Assembly: GCA_012026655.1 (NCBI GenBank)
Contig: JAAILG010000462.1
Span: forward strand, 1-64,000
Reading direction: 5' to 3'
From: Hydrolagus affinis
Taxonomy: Eukaryota
Length of the DNA stretch: 64,000 bases
In this document: positions 33,151-47,511 of the stretch, piece after piece
How the letters are laid out: every line of letters begins with the position of its first letter
Position numbering within the stretch: the first letter of the stretch is position 1
Program-made: the position numbers and the translations under genes
The notes under the pieces: model-generated
The model's input: only the letters and a program-made list of their open reading frames with translations
Database searches by the model: none
What the model was told of the DNA's origin: nothing

Positions 33151-36100
33151 ATAGATGGATAGACCTTTGGTCTATTTGGTCTATTTGTGCCTAAATGCAT
33201 ACTAAGTATGTCAACTATAACCTTATCAAAATATGTTTTTTTAATCATGTTCACAAAATTAATTTCCTCCCCAAACCATTTCTATAACATACTATCAAAT
33301 GCATCATGCACTGACCTGATTATATATTATTTTCTGAATTTAATTAGACTAATTCTTTGCTATGTTTTACATGCCATATATGCATTTGCAGAAAATAATT
33401 ATACTTCATGTTCTGGAGCTCTATGAGCCCATTATTATTGCAATAATTACATTTGCAAGCTCCTGTCGAAAACAATATATAGCACCACTTCCAGGCATGT
33501 GGATGACAGACATGTTGACAATTTCTCTTTTCACAGCCTCTTTTACAGGAACTGCTATTAACTCTTTAACTTCATATCTTCAGCTATAGGCTAAAACTAA
33601 AGTCCTGTTGTCTGTTCTTGGGTGGATGTTAAAGATCCTATGACACTGGTGGAAAAGAGATGAGAGTTTCTCTGTGTTCCAGCCAATAATCTTCAAGATG
33701 TCTGTGGGTCTCTACTGAGCATGAAATGGCTTTGTCTAAAAAGCCCAGTCATTACACTTTAAAATAATTTGAGACATGTTAACATTTAGAAGCAACAAAA
33801 ATGCAAGTTAATGTTTTCCTTTTCTCTCCCTTTTGTGTTCTCTCTCTGTTTCCCTTGTTGAAAAGCGCTATACAAATGTAATTTGTTGTTGCCCTGTGTT
33901 TTTTTAAAATTAGTTTTCTCTCTGCCTTTTCAAATCACTGCAGCACTTGCACACCTGTCAATGAAAAACTTGTGGCATTAACAAGAGAAGCAATTGCATT
34001 TGGTAAGTGCTAATGGACTAGATTAGACTTTTAAATGGATGGTTGCACTTGGCTTCAGCAATAACAGTGAACTAATATACTCTAATGTACTGGCTAAATT
34101 TCCATTAAGGGTTACATGAAATTTATTTTGGGTTGAGTGAGATGTCCACAGTCAAGCCCTTAAAATGGTTAACTTCCTGCAGAAACTTCCCGAAACATGG
34201 TGCAGAAATCACACTTCTATACAGTCTTATAATCTGAGCATTTGGGATGATAGGTGCAAGTCAGTTTGAGCAATAATTTGTTAGTTATACATTTACCAGC
34301 ACAACATTTTTGTGAAAGGTTTCTAGCACTGGATTCATAATGTTGTGAATCCTTACTCAACTAGTCTATTAAAATTGCTGCTTTGAAAAACTACATTGAC
34401 CACGATGCAGTAAAACAGTTCTAGAAGGTAGATCATTGAACAAATGCCATGACCATGTTAGAGATTAAGTGGGATTGAAAACCTATACATGTTTTCAGCA
34501 GAAATTTGTGGATATAAATACCTTCATTGCATACATTGGAGTAACAAATGATCTGATTCTTCTTTGAACATTTCTTAAACAAAAGTCTTGTTAGGTGGGA
34601 GTATTAAAAAAAACAGAATTGAGAACCAAAGTGAGGGGTGAGAGTTCATAGTACATGTACTACTGATGATACTGTTTCCTATTAACTTTAACAACATAAG
34701 TGGTAATTAAGTATGGGACAGGTACATAAGGATTCTGGGAAATAATGGACAGAGAGAGAGCTGGAGAGAATTGGATAGAGAGAAAGAGGGTATTGGAAAG
34801 GAGCTGGATTGTAAAGTTGCAATAAAGATTGGATTAAATCAACATTGGATACTGTGGTTTAAAGAACATTACAGATGCAATGAATATCTAAGAAAATGAC
34901 AATATCTGTAAGTAGAAACCAGAAGTATGCCGCATGGACAGGTTGGGCGAGTGGCCTGTATCTGTGCTGTACATTCTTTGTAAAGTAATAGTTTGGCCAC
35001 ACCAAGTTTGAGATTTTACCGCTTGTAATGTGTTAGGAGGAAATGAAGACTGAAAGGAAGATGCTGATGACTTCTAGTCTTGAGGTCTTTGGAGAAAATT
35101 AATTAGAATACAGTACAAGATGCTGTGGTTGAGGCAGAGGTTACCAAAACAATTCAAGTCCACACATCAAACATATATAATGGGGGACAATCAAATGTGA
35201 CTGGATGCTGTACTCAATTAGATATGTGTACTTAAATCCGTGAAACTCAATCCTGCTCAGTTGCTATGTATTACATCAGCCTGTTGTCATGGACATTCTG
35301 CATTTAGTCAGTTCAAGAGATCCAAAGGTTGAATGAGGATCTAATTTTAATGGGGATTGTATTTTCTTGAATGCGAGTGCAGCTTTACCTTGAGATTGTC
35401 AGGCAGCAGGAATCTGGCCAGAAAGCTAAATAACACTTCAGTTTAATAAACCTCAGTCTATTAGTTTTATTGTCAGCCAATATCCTATTAGAAGGGCCAG
35501 AGTAATCCCTCAAATTTATAGCAAGCCCCTGTAAACCTTGGCATTAATTTTACCCCAAGGTTTTAAAATGATGGGGTTAGGAAAGAACAAGAAATCTATG
35601 ATGTTGTAAATTATAAATTGTAGTAGTTTTTCAGAGGTACAATAATTCAAAGCTAAAGGTGTATTTCAAAAACATAGCTGAATGTATCTTATCTCCTTCA
35701 TTTCTCAATGTTCTTTTTTATTCATTTAGTTGAGATTGAATTTGCATTGTTATTGATGGTTAACTTTACTATGGTGTTGGCTCTGCCTTTTCTTATTTCC
35801 AGAATAATATTTTATGAAAGGAACTGGGAAAACCTTTAATAATAATCCTGGGATTTTATATACAGTATACATATATATATCTTACATAACACTAGCGTGT
35901 TTTACAGATAATTTTTATTGAGTGTACTAACAAGTTATCGAGCCTTTAAACAAACAACCCCCCTAGTTTTGGCGATAGACAATGTCAGCCTGGGTACAAT
36001 TTCTAAATGAGTCTTCAGCCCACAACCTTATAGTTTATAATTATAATTATTGTGCAAGATGGTTGTGATTGTCCAAGTATTGGGTGAGAATACTGACAGC

Positions 36101-36741
36101 CAAGATAAGTTAAAATTATTATTTACATGAAAAGTAATGTTGTAAAAAAACTACCAAAAGAAAATACAAAGAGTGTAGAAAGATGTTCAACAATAAAATA
36201 ATTATAACAATTTGTGGTTAGCTAGCTAGCTGAGACATCCATAACATCCATATTACATTTATTGAAAACTAATGGTTTGAAAGTGGAGATTGACTTTTGT
36301 GGATATTGTAGGTTAGGCTTTCTGACAAGGGAATGGCGATGTAATAACTTAGCTTTGTATTGTAATAAAATTCTTCATTAGTATTATTGGCATTAGCTGT
36401 TCAAGAAAGCTGTGTTTACTTTCCTTGTTGAATCATAAAAAAGACAATCATTTTGTCTTGCTAATCTACAAATCTAAACTGATAGATGAGATTGCAATGA
36501 GTTGATCAATCATTGAGTAACTAATATTATACTGTGTGCGATGGATTATGTCTGTATTTATGTGGTTGGGCAGGCATTGTATTTGTATGTGTGTGTGTGT
36601 GGTTATCTGGTTCAGAGAATGGGTCCTGTTTAGTTCTGGGAGAATGTAAATTTTGTGGAGAGAAATGCTGAACTAGCTCGTCTAGGCAGGAAACAATTGG
36701 TGGGTGATTTTATTGCAAGAGTGATAATAATGAAAGTAATT

Positions 36742-37121
36742 TAATAATAATCATTCTTGCATTTGATATAACCCTTTTCACATCTTTCAGACATCTCAAA
36801 GCGCTTCACAGAAAATACTGTAAAGTGAATTGTCTGTATATTTGTGGTGGAAACGCGGCAGCCAATTGCGCACAGCATTGTTCCACAAACAATCTGGGAT
36901 TGAAATAACCAATTTATTATTGTTTTATTCATTGATTATAATCAATGAAAAATCACCTATCAATTGTTTCCTGCCTAGCGGAGCTAGTTCAGCATTTCTC
37001 TCCACAGAATACAATCAGGTGTGTGGAGTAAGGATACTTGCCCAAGGTTTTGCCCTGCCTGGAATTGAACCCAGGTCTCGCTTGCAAGGCAAGTGCTCTA
37101 ACCACTGAGCTACAGGACTCC
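36742..37121 (-). mobile_element. tRNA-derived SINE carrying an internal inverted copy of flanking DNA
   Basis: Tail at 36742, head at 37121; foreign insert at about 36928-37013. Confidence 0.88.
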
Positions 37122-38064
37122 ACAATTATTTGACTCTGAAAGCAAGGGAGAACTGGTAATCATGGGATTCAAACAAAGCTCAAGTGAGAATACAGTTTGA
37201 AATATTTTTTATAGATTGGAATTTCACTGAATTTGACAGCATGAGCTCACAGATGAAAACTATACAAATATTGGCAGTTCACAACTAGCAATAGTCTATA
37301 ACCTGGATCTTTATTGCTGTACAGTCCACTGGAGGAAAATAGCATTGAAGGAAATGAATGTTGCTGTCATTTACTGTATTTATTAGTTCCATTCACAAAC
37401 AACTGTAACAACCGAATCCTTTTTAATATGAGTTTTCAGTTTTAGTTTGTTTCATTGTGAAGGTCGACCATTTGTAAGCTTTTTCAGATCACTTACAGCT
37501 CATTTGTTCCCTTTCCGCTCAAACTGTACCATTGTAAAAGATTTGCAAACCTTCAGTGTTGCTGTGTCATGCTGCTCACCAGTGATTTCTATCTGATGTG
37601 CGACATCTTTCGATAATTTCATTCTGTAGCTGAATTCCTCTGGGGCTAAACATCTTTGCAGAACACTGAAAGTGAAATATGCTTGGGCCTCATTGTTCCA
37701 TGCTGAGAACACACAACATTTTTTGCTGCATAATATATTTTCTATTTCTAGTTATGGTAGAGTATTTAACATACTAATCTATCAAATCTGTCATAACAAA
37801 TCCTTCCAAGTCCCCACATTGCTTCATATGAATTTAACAATAAGTCAATAATGATTCATACAGTGGTTCCTATTTTGACACTTGGATCGTAACTCCTTTG
37901 TTTATTGAACCTAAGCAGAAAGGAAACCATACTGATAAGAACTTACTGCAGTCCCGAAAAAGATGAAATAAATGATTTCCTTTGCTCACCTATTTTCCGA
38001 GGGAATCGTGTCCACATTTGTCCACAGGAGGGAAGCTTTGAAAAATTCTGGTGTAAAACAGGGG

Positions 38065-38160
38065 TAATAATGATAATCCTTGCATTTGATATAGTACCTT
38101 CTCACGTAGTTGAGACGTCTCAAAGCACTTCACAGAATAAACTGTAAAGTGAATTAACTA
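38065..38160 (-). mobile_element. SINE 3' tail fragment
   Basis: taatccttgcatttgatatag..actgtaaagtgaatt. Confidence 0.78.
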
Positions 38161-40509
38161 TGTTTTGTGTAAAATAATTACGTACACACATACTGTATAT
38201 TTTAAAAAGAAGGGTGGTTGGATTTAGAATGATCACCACAGTAGCGGTTGGTTTTGGCATCTTCAACGGCAATTCTGGGAGAACACTGAAGAACTTTGCC
38301 GTCTTTACTTCTACAAGGACTCTTTTTAATTTAGTGTGTTCAATTATTTTTTTCTAATTTTCTGCAATCTGGCATTTTCCTCTCTGCTCCTGGATTGGTC
38401 TCTTGTTACTGGGGTGCAGTTCCATGGGTACCGGTTGCCTTCTGGTACCCCACCTAAGTGACATTACTCACACGTGAGCATGAGTTGATTGTTCTACAGC
38501 TGGTAGAAATCTTTTCCTTTTATAAAATTTCAATTAAAATATAGTTATTCCACAATCTTCAACAATCTCTTCTCCAAAGGTGGATGATCTTTAATTTTGA
38601 ATTTCTCAAATCATCTCAAAGTTCATCACAGGCAATTTACTGCCTATTGTAGTTACTGCGTTTTGCATTCCTTAAGTCCCACAAACAGCCATGAGATACA
38701 GAAGCAATTTGCTTGGAGGATTGCTGGCTGGTATACTGTACCCTCTTCTTTTTACAAATGCAGGTCTTTCACATAGACCTGAAAAACGTACAGATGGTAT
38801 TTTGGTTTAAAAAAAATATTTTGATGCTCCAGAGTGTTTTTTTCAGTAAGCTGTTTTTTTTTCAAAATCTGATCAATAAAATGCAGTGAAGATCCAGAAA
38901 TGAAATTCACAGTCAATTTAGTTCCTTTACTGTTGGAGCCACTGACTGTTTTGCTGATTAATACCAGGGGCTGGGATACAGCACAGTCCTTACGTTGGCT
39001 CAGATGGCCTCCAGCTTCTGCGATCAATGTGGTTAATTAAATTTTCAACAGGAACATTTTTTATGCTCTGTGGATAGACTTGCTTATCTGCAGTTTGTGG
39101 ATACAGGATGGAATCTCTAATTAATCTTGAAAGCTTTCTGTTATTAAGTCACGCAGTGCAATTATCACCTCAAAGCTTATCAAACATTTTCTGAATAATC
39201 TTAAATTTTTCACAAAGAACAAGCCTGCCCGCTGCTGCTTTTATTTTCAGGTACTGTATGTGCAAGCATATCAAAGGCACACATTTCCATTGACACTCTT
39301 ATACTAAGATTTACAGAACCACAGTGCACTCCATCCCCCAGGGTTCAGCCAGTATTAAAGTTGTAGAATTGCACGTTTACCAACCAATCGTGGATTTTCT
39401 CCTCCCTTCAATCATCCATTGCTCTGAAGCCAAGATATACACCTGAATAACAGAATTACATAATTCTACTATTTATGTGAAGAAGCTAAAATTATTTTGC
39501 TAAGGAGAAATCTTGCATAATTCCAAACTCAAATCTGATTTAATATACCGTTGAAAATATTCTCAAAAAGCCATCAACATCTCTTCAACAATATAAAAGA
39601 AATGCCTGCACTCCTAATGTTCTCGGAGAAATGGAGATGGTTGTTTGACCACTGGGCTGTTTTGCCCAATAAACAGAACCTATTTTGTGGGAACATAATG
39701 CAGGGAGGATGTTCTGAATTCTACTGCTATGTTACAGAATGAAGGGAAGACTGAATGAGATTCTGCAGTGGTGAGATTCTAGAAGAGGTTGATGCTTGTG
39801 AAGTTTGTTCATTTCATTCTCATTAAAGTTAAAGCAGAGATAATTGCATTTGCATTTGATGTAGCACCTTACCATATCAAGATATCTCAAAGCGCTTCGC
39901 AGAATATGCTGTAAAGTGGATTGACCCTGTGCTTGATGAGTGAATGCGGCTGCAATAATTCAAAAGAGCAAATCTATGGTGAGTGATGCCTATTGCAACA
40001 GAACAGCTCTGGTGTCCTCATGTAATATTTTCTCCTAAGGCTGCACTGTTCCCTTTAAATCTCTCTGGAAGAAAGCTCACTATTCAGCTATTCGAATCTT
40101 TCATTGGATTCCACTTTTTATCTGAACCAAATTTTTGCTAATGTTACAGCAACAGATTGTGCCTTTTGATGCGAACAAAATGTAATTCTTCCATTGAGAG
40201 AGTCTGTTCTATACAGAAATGTGTGATTGTGTCTGTCAGAAAAGTGCTCCTACCCCAACACCAGATGCTGGCACTTAGAGTCATTCACATTATCCAACAC
40301 CTTGGGATGTCCTCCTGAGGTGAAAGACTCTATACAAATGTAATTTATTGTTGCTTTGCTCTGTAGTTGTTATCAGTGTTATTATAAGCAGATGTGTTCG
40401 CTTGCCGATTAAGGCATTAGGTGTCCTGGAGTGAACTGACAAACAGAAATTTACAGATTCCAGTCCGACAACATTAGTTTTTTGGGACTGAAGGACAAGT
40501 TGACAAGTT

Positions 40510-40685
40510 ATGTAGAATTACATAGAATATACAGCACAGAAACAGGCCACTCGGCTCAACTAGTCTATGCTGGCGTTTATGTTCAATGTGAGCCTCCTTT
40601 TGCCCTTCCTCAGCTTAGCATATCCGAATAACCTTCTATTCCTTTCTCCTTCAAGTACTTATCTAGCTTCCCTTTAAATGCATTC
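40510..40685 (-). mobile_element. CR1-type 3' end fragment
   Basis: catagaatatacagcacagaaacaggcc..; related sequence on plus strand at 34925-34980. Confidence 0.6.
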
Positions 40686-41112
40686 CATTTAAAAGTTGAA
40701 TGAGTTGCTTGAGATTTAAGTACTGTAGTGTAATAGTTGCATGCCATTAGAGACATTAGCCCTGACACTTAGTTTTTGTCTTATAGTTCTTTCTTTCACA
40801 CTAAATGGGGTTTTTCTCAAGCTAACATGAGTTCACTTTGGTGTTTAAGATTATATTTTAAGTGGCTAGATGAAACATTTATTTTGCAGCCCTCTTCTCT
40901 CTCATTCCAGATTCTATACACAATCTTACTTCCAACATTGCCAGGTTCCACCAGCTCCCATTTCCCCAAATGCGTAAATTTCAGAATCATTGTCTTAAGC
41001 TTGAAATCCCTACGATTTCGTTATTTTGCAATCTCCTGAACCTTACCTCCTTACTTGTATCCACTCCTCTTCCAAATCTGGTCTAGAATATGTGAGAACA
41101 CAAGAATTTTTA

Positions 41113-41797
41113 GATAATAATAATAAACCTTGCATTTGATATAGCTCCTGATCATGACTTTGAGATGTCTCAAAGTGCATCACAGAACATACTGTAAAGT
41201 ATTTTTATTGTATATTTTTTGGCAAAATGCAGCAGCCAATTGCACACAAGTGTCACACAAACAGTTGTGGATTGAGTGACCAATTTATTATTTCTAAAGG
41301 AATTACTACCGGCAGAAAAGCGATCGGCTAGCAATTGGGTTCCCACTTACTACTACTAATAATAATCCTTGCATTTTTATATAGTCTTTTCCTGTCTTCT
41401 AGATGTCTCAAAGCGCTTCACAGAATATACTGTGAAGAGAATTGACTGTATAGTTGTGTGTGAAATGCGGAAGCCAATTGCACACAGCAGTGTCCCACAA
41501 ACAGTCATGGATTGAAATGACCAATTCATTATAGGGTGTTTTTTTGGACGGATTATTATAAGGCATGTGGAGTAAGGAAACTTGGCCAAGGTTTCACTCT
41601 GACCTGCCTGGATTCGAAACATGGGTATCATGTTAGTAAGGTGAATTCTCTAACTATTGAGCTACTACTAAAGGCTACTAGGTAAACAGAGGCACGTGGA
41701 GTAAGGAAACTTGCCCAACTTTTCTCCCTACTGGAAATCAAGCCCAAGTCTCTCATTTGCATGGAAAGTGCTCTAAGCACTGAGCTACAGGACTCCA
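41113..41797 (-). mobile_element. Nested SINEs: short-form copy (about 41356-41670) inside a long-form copy (41113-41355 plus 41676-41797)
   Basis: Order is tail-tail-head-head, and the outer halves rejoin into the linker seen at 59341-59415. Confidence 0.82.
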
Positions 41798-44639
41798 TGA
41801 AAAATATAAAGATGAAAGAAGACCATCCTGTTAGCCTTCCACCATCCTTGCAGTTGCATGCACATGTCATGTACCAAATTATATACTGAATCCTACATTA
41901 CTATGCCCACTGCGTTCCCTCCTTCCCCCGTCTTTGTTTTTTGAGATATTTCACTTATGTTAAAAGTGCTCATATGAGTCCAAGATATATGAAGATAAGA
42001 ACCCCGCCACACATTTACTCTAATTATCTAACTTTATTCTCTTTTGAATTTTGTGCTCAACAAGATACTTCCCCGTCTCAAATGCTCAATGAAATGATCA
42101 CGTGATGGACCATCAAGTATGGGACATTGGGATGCATAGTAAAGCTTCTTCTGTTCTGCTCTGCACAAACAATGCATTTCTGCCTCCAGCAACACCAGAT
42201 TATATCTTCCCTATTTCACCAGGACCTCATCATCAGTCTTGCGTCTATTACAATCCATGTTATGTCCAGTTTTCACTTCCCCTTCCTCCCACCCCAAACC
42301 AAACAGTCACCAGTTTAAAATTACAGTGGACACAGTGAAGAACTATTAGGGTGCAGACAATTATCACATTAAATCTGTCATAAAACACAGCTTTTGTCAC
42401 CCTACTGATTTAGACTTTGAACGATTACACAGCAAACATGTTGCATGATGAAGCTCAAATAAGATATTTTTTCCAGTAATATATCAACAGGATAATGGGT
42501 AACAAAATAAGAGACTACTATCAGACTGGCTGTCAGCACTGTAAATTCAGGAATATACTTCAAGGTATGGAGAGGTTAGCTGGAGGCTTATGCCCACTAA
42601 TAAGATTTAGGGAACAATCAGGGCTTACAAAAGGCCACACATACCTTGGGGCTATTCATCAGTCTTGCATGTAAATCCCATTACATTTCTGACAACAAAC
42701 CTGACCTCTCTGCGTATCGAAGGTAGCAAGCAGGAATTAGCAGGGTTACAGATATTGGATTGGGGCTCGTTATTTCATGGTAATGGACTTGTGACATTTT
42801 TCAACTCACTGTTCTAGGCTTTGAATGATTACACAGCAAACATGTTGCTCCTGATCTGCAGCACATCGGGAAGGCTAAAAATGATTCTGGTTAATCAGCA
42901 AAAGATTGAATCTACAATTCTTGCAGAGGTAGGAATGCTATCAAATGAGCTAAACTCATTCTGAAATACAGTATTTCACATGATGTCTTTATGCTGCTAA
43001 TGCTTGGATATGCAATTCCACCAAATTATGCTTATGCTAAAATAGCTTTAGATCATTATTTGCTAATGCACCATTAATGTGAAACTAAACACTATTCAAG
43101 TATAATTCACTAGTGGAAGACTTGTCTTCAGATCCATTATAGGAATAGTCTGAGAGAAGCAACACAAAGTAAATCCTTACACAATCAACCCGTGGTTAAT
43201 GGATTTATCAGAAACTTAATGAATTTAGACATTGTCAATAGTTATGGGAGACATTTTTAAATTGAAATTATGTGTTTTATGTCTCATTACATCACTCGCT
43301 AAATGCATGAATTCTTTCCAAATTTCTTTGATAACCAAGTATTATGAATCTGTATCTTGATTTTTTGGAATGATCACCTCAGTTTTGTTGCTTATGGTTG
43401 TATGAGTAATTTTTATTAAAGCCATTTACTTTCACATTCCATTCCATTTGCAAAATTCCTCTGGATGGACAGAACTCACTACGGTTTGTCAAAAAGGCCT
43501 AAAAGTGTTTTCCCAGTAACAGCAACTGATATATTGATCACTGTAAGAGGCCTTTTAACATGGAGTGCTGGAAAAATGGGAGCAAACTGTCTTGTTCCCC
43601 TTCAGTAGGGTTCTACTGGCCTAGTACCCTTTGCCATCTCACCATGATGAGAGTCGCAAGCTATTTAACCATGGGAGTGAATGCAGTGAGGGGACATCAT
43701 AGCTAATCCCAATCCTGTCATCATCCAACATCCACCTACCATCTTTCAGCAGGGTTGGGTTGGGATAAATTTCAAGTACAAATACCTCATAATATACTTG
43801 CTTTTGGGATTGTCCATCTTGTTTGAAATTCAATCTCGGTTATGTAATTTTTCTGCACAGATTCTAAATATTCATCTTTGGGGTACAATGTAGCTTGACT
43901 CAGAGCATTATCTCAGCTGTATACAGCCGTGGGACTGTACTGAAAGGCTCTCTGAAGTCTTGGAAACAGAACTAATGATCCACCTCTATCTAGTTAATAA
44001 TTAAAGGGATGAAGGGATCTTGAAGTATCCACCAGGGAATAACTATACTAATGGCACTATAGCTCACAGATTACTACAAATTGATAGTCTTAGGGGCAGA
44101 GTGCTCTGCCTACTGATTATATTTGATGGAATTCAATTATGCATTTGGTGCTAAAGAGGGCCATTTACAAGTCCAGTTTAGGTGCAATATTATTGAGCTA
44201 CCAAATACTAAATCAATGGTTGAGTTTGCACTGACTAACAAACAGATATGCACAGCTCACTGGCTGCTAGGTTTTTGAGAAAACTGCATTGAATTGGTTC
44301 ACCAGTGATAGAAATGAACTAGTGATGTGGTGACTTCTCCTCCAGGTTTTACCCAAGCCCACTCAAGGATTTCAGAAAGGGATTGACTTTATTAAATCGG
44401 CTAAGTGAAGTGGTGTGCAGCAGAATGTTTGGGTGAGGCCCATATAACAGTAAAGGGAGAGAGTAGGCAAGCGATCGTAGTTTGTGCTGAAAGTCTTTTT
44501 ATCATCATGTTAAAAAAGTTTTCATCTTCCTAATAAAAAAGCAGGCATTTTAGAAATCTATCAAGTATCTGCACAGATGGAGCTCATTCAGTGCATCATA
44601 TCTTCCTGTTTTTCTAAATTGCCTTTTTAAAAATTATTA

Positions 44640-45430
44640 CACCCATTTTCCATCTTTCCCCATATCCAGTAATGTTGTGATTTGTGCTTATACCCATTTA
44701 TCTTTTGAATGATTCTATTGATCTGGCCTCAACAGCCACTTGTGGTAATGAATTTCAAACTCTGACAACGCACAGAATGGATACAAATTCTAATCTCTCC
44801 CCAAATTTTTCTGCCAACAATCTTGAGGCTATATGCACTTGTCCTTGTTTTCTCAACTAAAGGAAGTGGTTTTTGGCCTCATTCCCTGTCACGTCTATTC
44901 AGGATGTTAAAACCCTTGATTCTTTCCCTTCTTAATGTCCTTTGTCACTATGAAACAAAGCCCTAATCTTCCATTTGTGGTGTATTTTGTCTGTTTAGAT
45001 CATACCATTGTTAAAGCCTAGGGCTATGATAGTTGTAGAAAAACAAGCCTTCTATGTAAAGACTTGGGGGGGAAATATCTATTCCACAGAATCAGCACTG
45101 AGGAGCCAATCAGAACATAGTCAGGTTCTAAACCACTTTCTTCCTGTAATTATTTATAATTCATTTACAGCAATCAGATGCTTGGAGCCTCGCTAAATTC
45201 TGGATATCTGCAATCTTTGTTTCAGACACTCCATTAATGATGCCATAATGCAGGCCTTCAATATTCTGAAACATCTTGAGAGAATAAATGGTGACCTATT
45301 GTTCTCACTGGTTGGTTAATCAGTAGAAAGGGCATAAGATCAGGATTTTAATGGAGAGAGTTAATGTAGCAGGTGGGGCAATTTTTCTGCAGAGGATTAT
45401 TAGAATTTGAAACTCTGCCACAAACGGCTA
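44640..45430. mobile_element. Decayed CR1 fragments in both orientations
   Basis: Residual similarity to the CR1 3' region (44650-44950 minus, 45180-45430 plus). Confidence 0.5.
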
Positions 45431-45523
45431 TTCAGGCCAAGATCTTGCATCTATAATTGTAATGTTGTTGTTGTTGTTATTGTTGGGACATCCTCCCAAC
45501 GTGAAAGGCGCTATATAAATGTA

Positions 45524-45535
45524 ATGATTGATTGG

Positions 45536-45576
<41 letters not shown>

Positions 45577-45592
45577 GTTGTTGTTGTTGTTG
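45524..45592. repeat. (TGAT)n followed by (TTG)n microsatellite after an L2 tail
   Basis: Direct reading. Confidence 0.9.
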
Positions 45593-47331
45593 CATGTTTA
45601 AAAAGGAATTGGATAAATATTCGAAGAGAAAATCAAAAGAGGATGTTAGAAACTGGGAGGGAAGGTGCAAGGGAAGGGAATGTGGGAGAGAGTTCCAGGG
45701 ATAGGGAGTTTTAATGGCTGAAAGCTGTGATATACAGTACTGACACTTTCGTGAATATTTCTGGGACTTTGATCAATTGATTGATTGATTTTTGCTTCCA
45801 TCAAATTTTAACATTTTCAAAACAGTTATGATTTGGCACATGTATTATCAAACTCTGTAATTCACTGCTCCCATGTAGATCATATGACTGATAATTGCTT
45901 CCCAGTGCTTGTGATTAAGTGCTCGTATGAAACCATATATTCAATGTTAATTTAAGATATCGACTTGCAGGCAGCTTAATAATTGTAGGCATTTCAGCAG
46001 GAATCAGATGGATGGCTGATGCACAAATCTTCAGAATACATTAGCATGTCTCTTTCCGGGAATAATCCTAAAACAGCTTTAATCCTTATCCATCTCCTTC
46101 ACCAATCATAAATTAAAACATAAATTGGAGCCGCATAAGTGCTCTTGTGTGTGGTTTTTTTTTCTCAGCCTTTCAATGTGAAGGTCAGTGTTGGTGCAAC
46201 TTTGTCTGCTTTGTGCTGATCGAACCACAATAGTTTGATGATTGGAGGAATTCCCAAAAGAGTTTGGTTGGTGTAACCAACTCTCAACAAAGCAAAACAC
46301 AAAATACTATCAAGGGTCATGGACCTGAAATGTTGGCTCACTTTACTGTCTCTATAGATTGCTGCCTGACATGTTGAGTGTGCCCAGGGATTTATGTTTT
46401 TGTCTCAACAAAGCAGTAGTTGCTAACCTTGTTACCTTTTTTAAACACAAACAGGGTGTAGAGTGGGTTGGTGTAGTCCATGATGGGGATTTGTGGAAGG
46501 ACAGTATGATCTATCAAATGGTTTCTTCATGTGGAATACTTTGTGTTCTCAGATGTGCACTGAACACGGACAGTTAGTAGGACCAATGAATGTTTTACAG
46601 CTTTTTAGGGGTACAAAGTCTTCAGTAATGCAACAAGATCTAACATGTACATTTCACCAGTGATCACCCCTGCCTACATCATATCAATCTTGACTGTTTC
46701 ATTTTATATCAATGCATGTAATAAATCTTGCATTCACTGTAGCTCAAAACATCTCAAAGCATCTCACAGGTATGAATATGTGCTTAAAATTACACAGAAT
46801 ATACATGGAAACAAGCTATTCAGCCCACCTAGTTTGTGTTTTTAATCCAGATTAACCTCCTACCTAGGGCAACCATACTTCCTCAATTCCCAGTCCCCAG
46901 ATGAGGTATTGTATCCCTGGTCAAATATTCCCTGTCTTGAACAAAGAGAGCAAGAACAATAAAATTTATAACTTCGTCAGAGAAATACAGCCATTAATTT
47001 AACAAGTTTCTCCAGTACTGCCAGCATCAGGAATTGTAGTGAGTGAAAAATGTTTTATCTCATGTTCAGCAAATTGGGACGTGAAAGGCACTCTATAAAT
47101 GTAATTTTGTTTTATATGTATCCTGGGATTTGGTTTGCAAAATATTGTCACACTGTTCCCCTCTCCTATACCTCTTCATTTTCTTCCTTTTCCCTCATCG
47201 AGTATGCAGCAAATTTCCTCGTAAGTACTTGGACGTTTTGTGCTTTAACGTCAGTTTCCAATAAGCAGTTTCACATCCTCACTACCCGCAGAAATTCTAT
47301 GCAATGAGAATAAGTTGAAATGTAACTGAGA

Positions 47332-47511
47332 TAATAATAATAATAATCCTTGCATTTACTATAGTGCTTTTCACATCTTCTAGAGGTCTCAAAGCACTTC
47401 ACAGAATAATTGGCAGCCAATTGCGCACAGCATTGTCCCACAAACAGTCGTGGATTTAATTGATGAATATTTTTTGAGGGATTATTATCAGGCATGTGGA
47501 GTAAGGAAACC
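47332..47511 (-). mobile_element. SINE, headless and internally deleted
   Basis: Family tail, core and linker. Confidence 0.8.
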
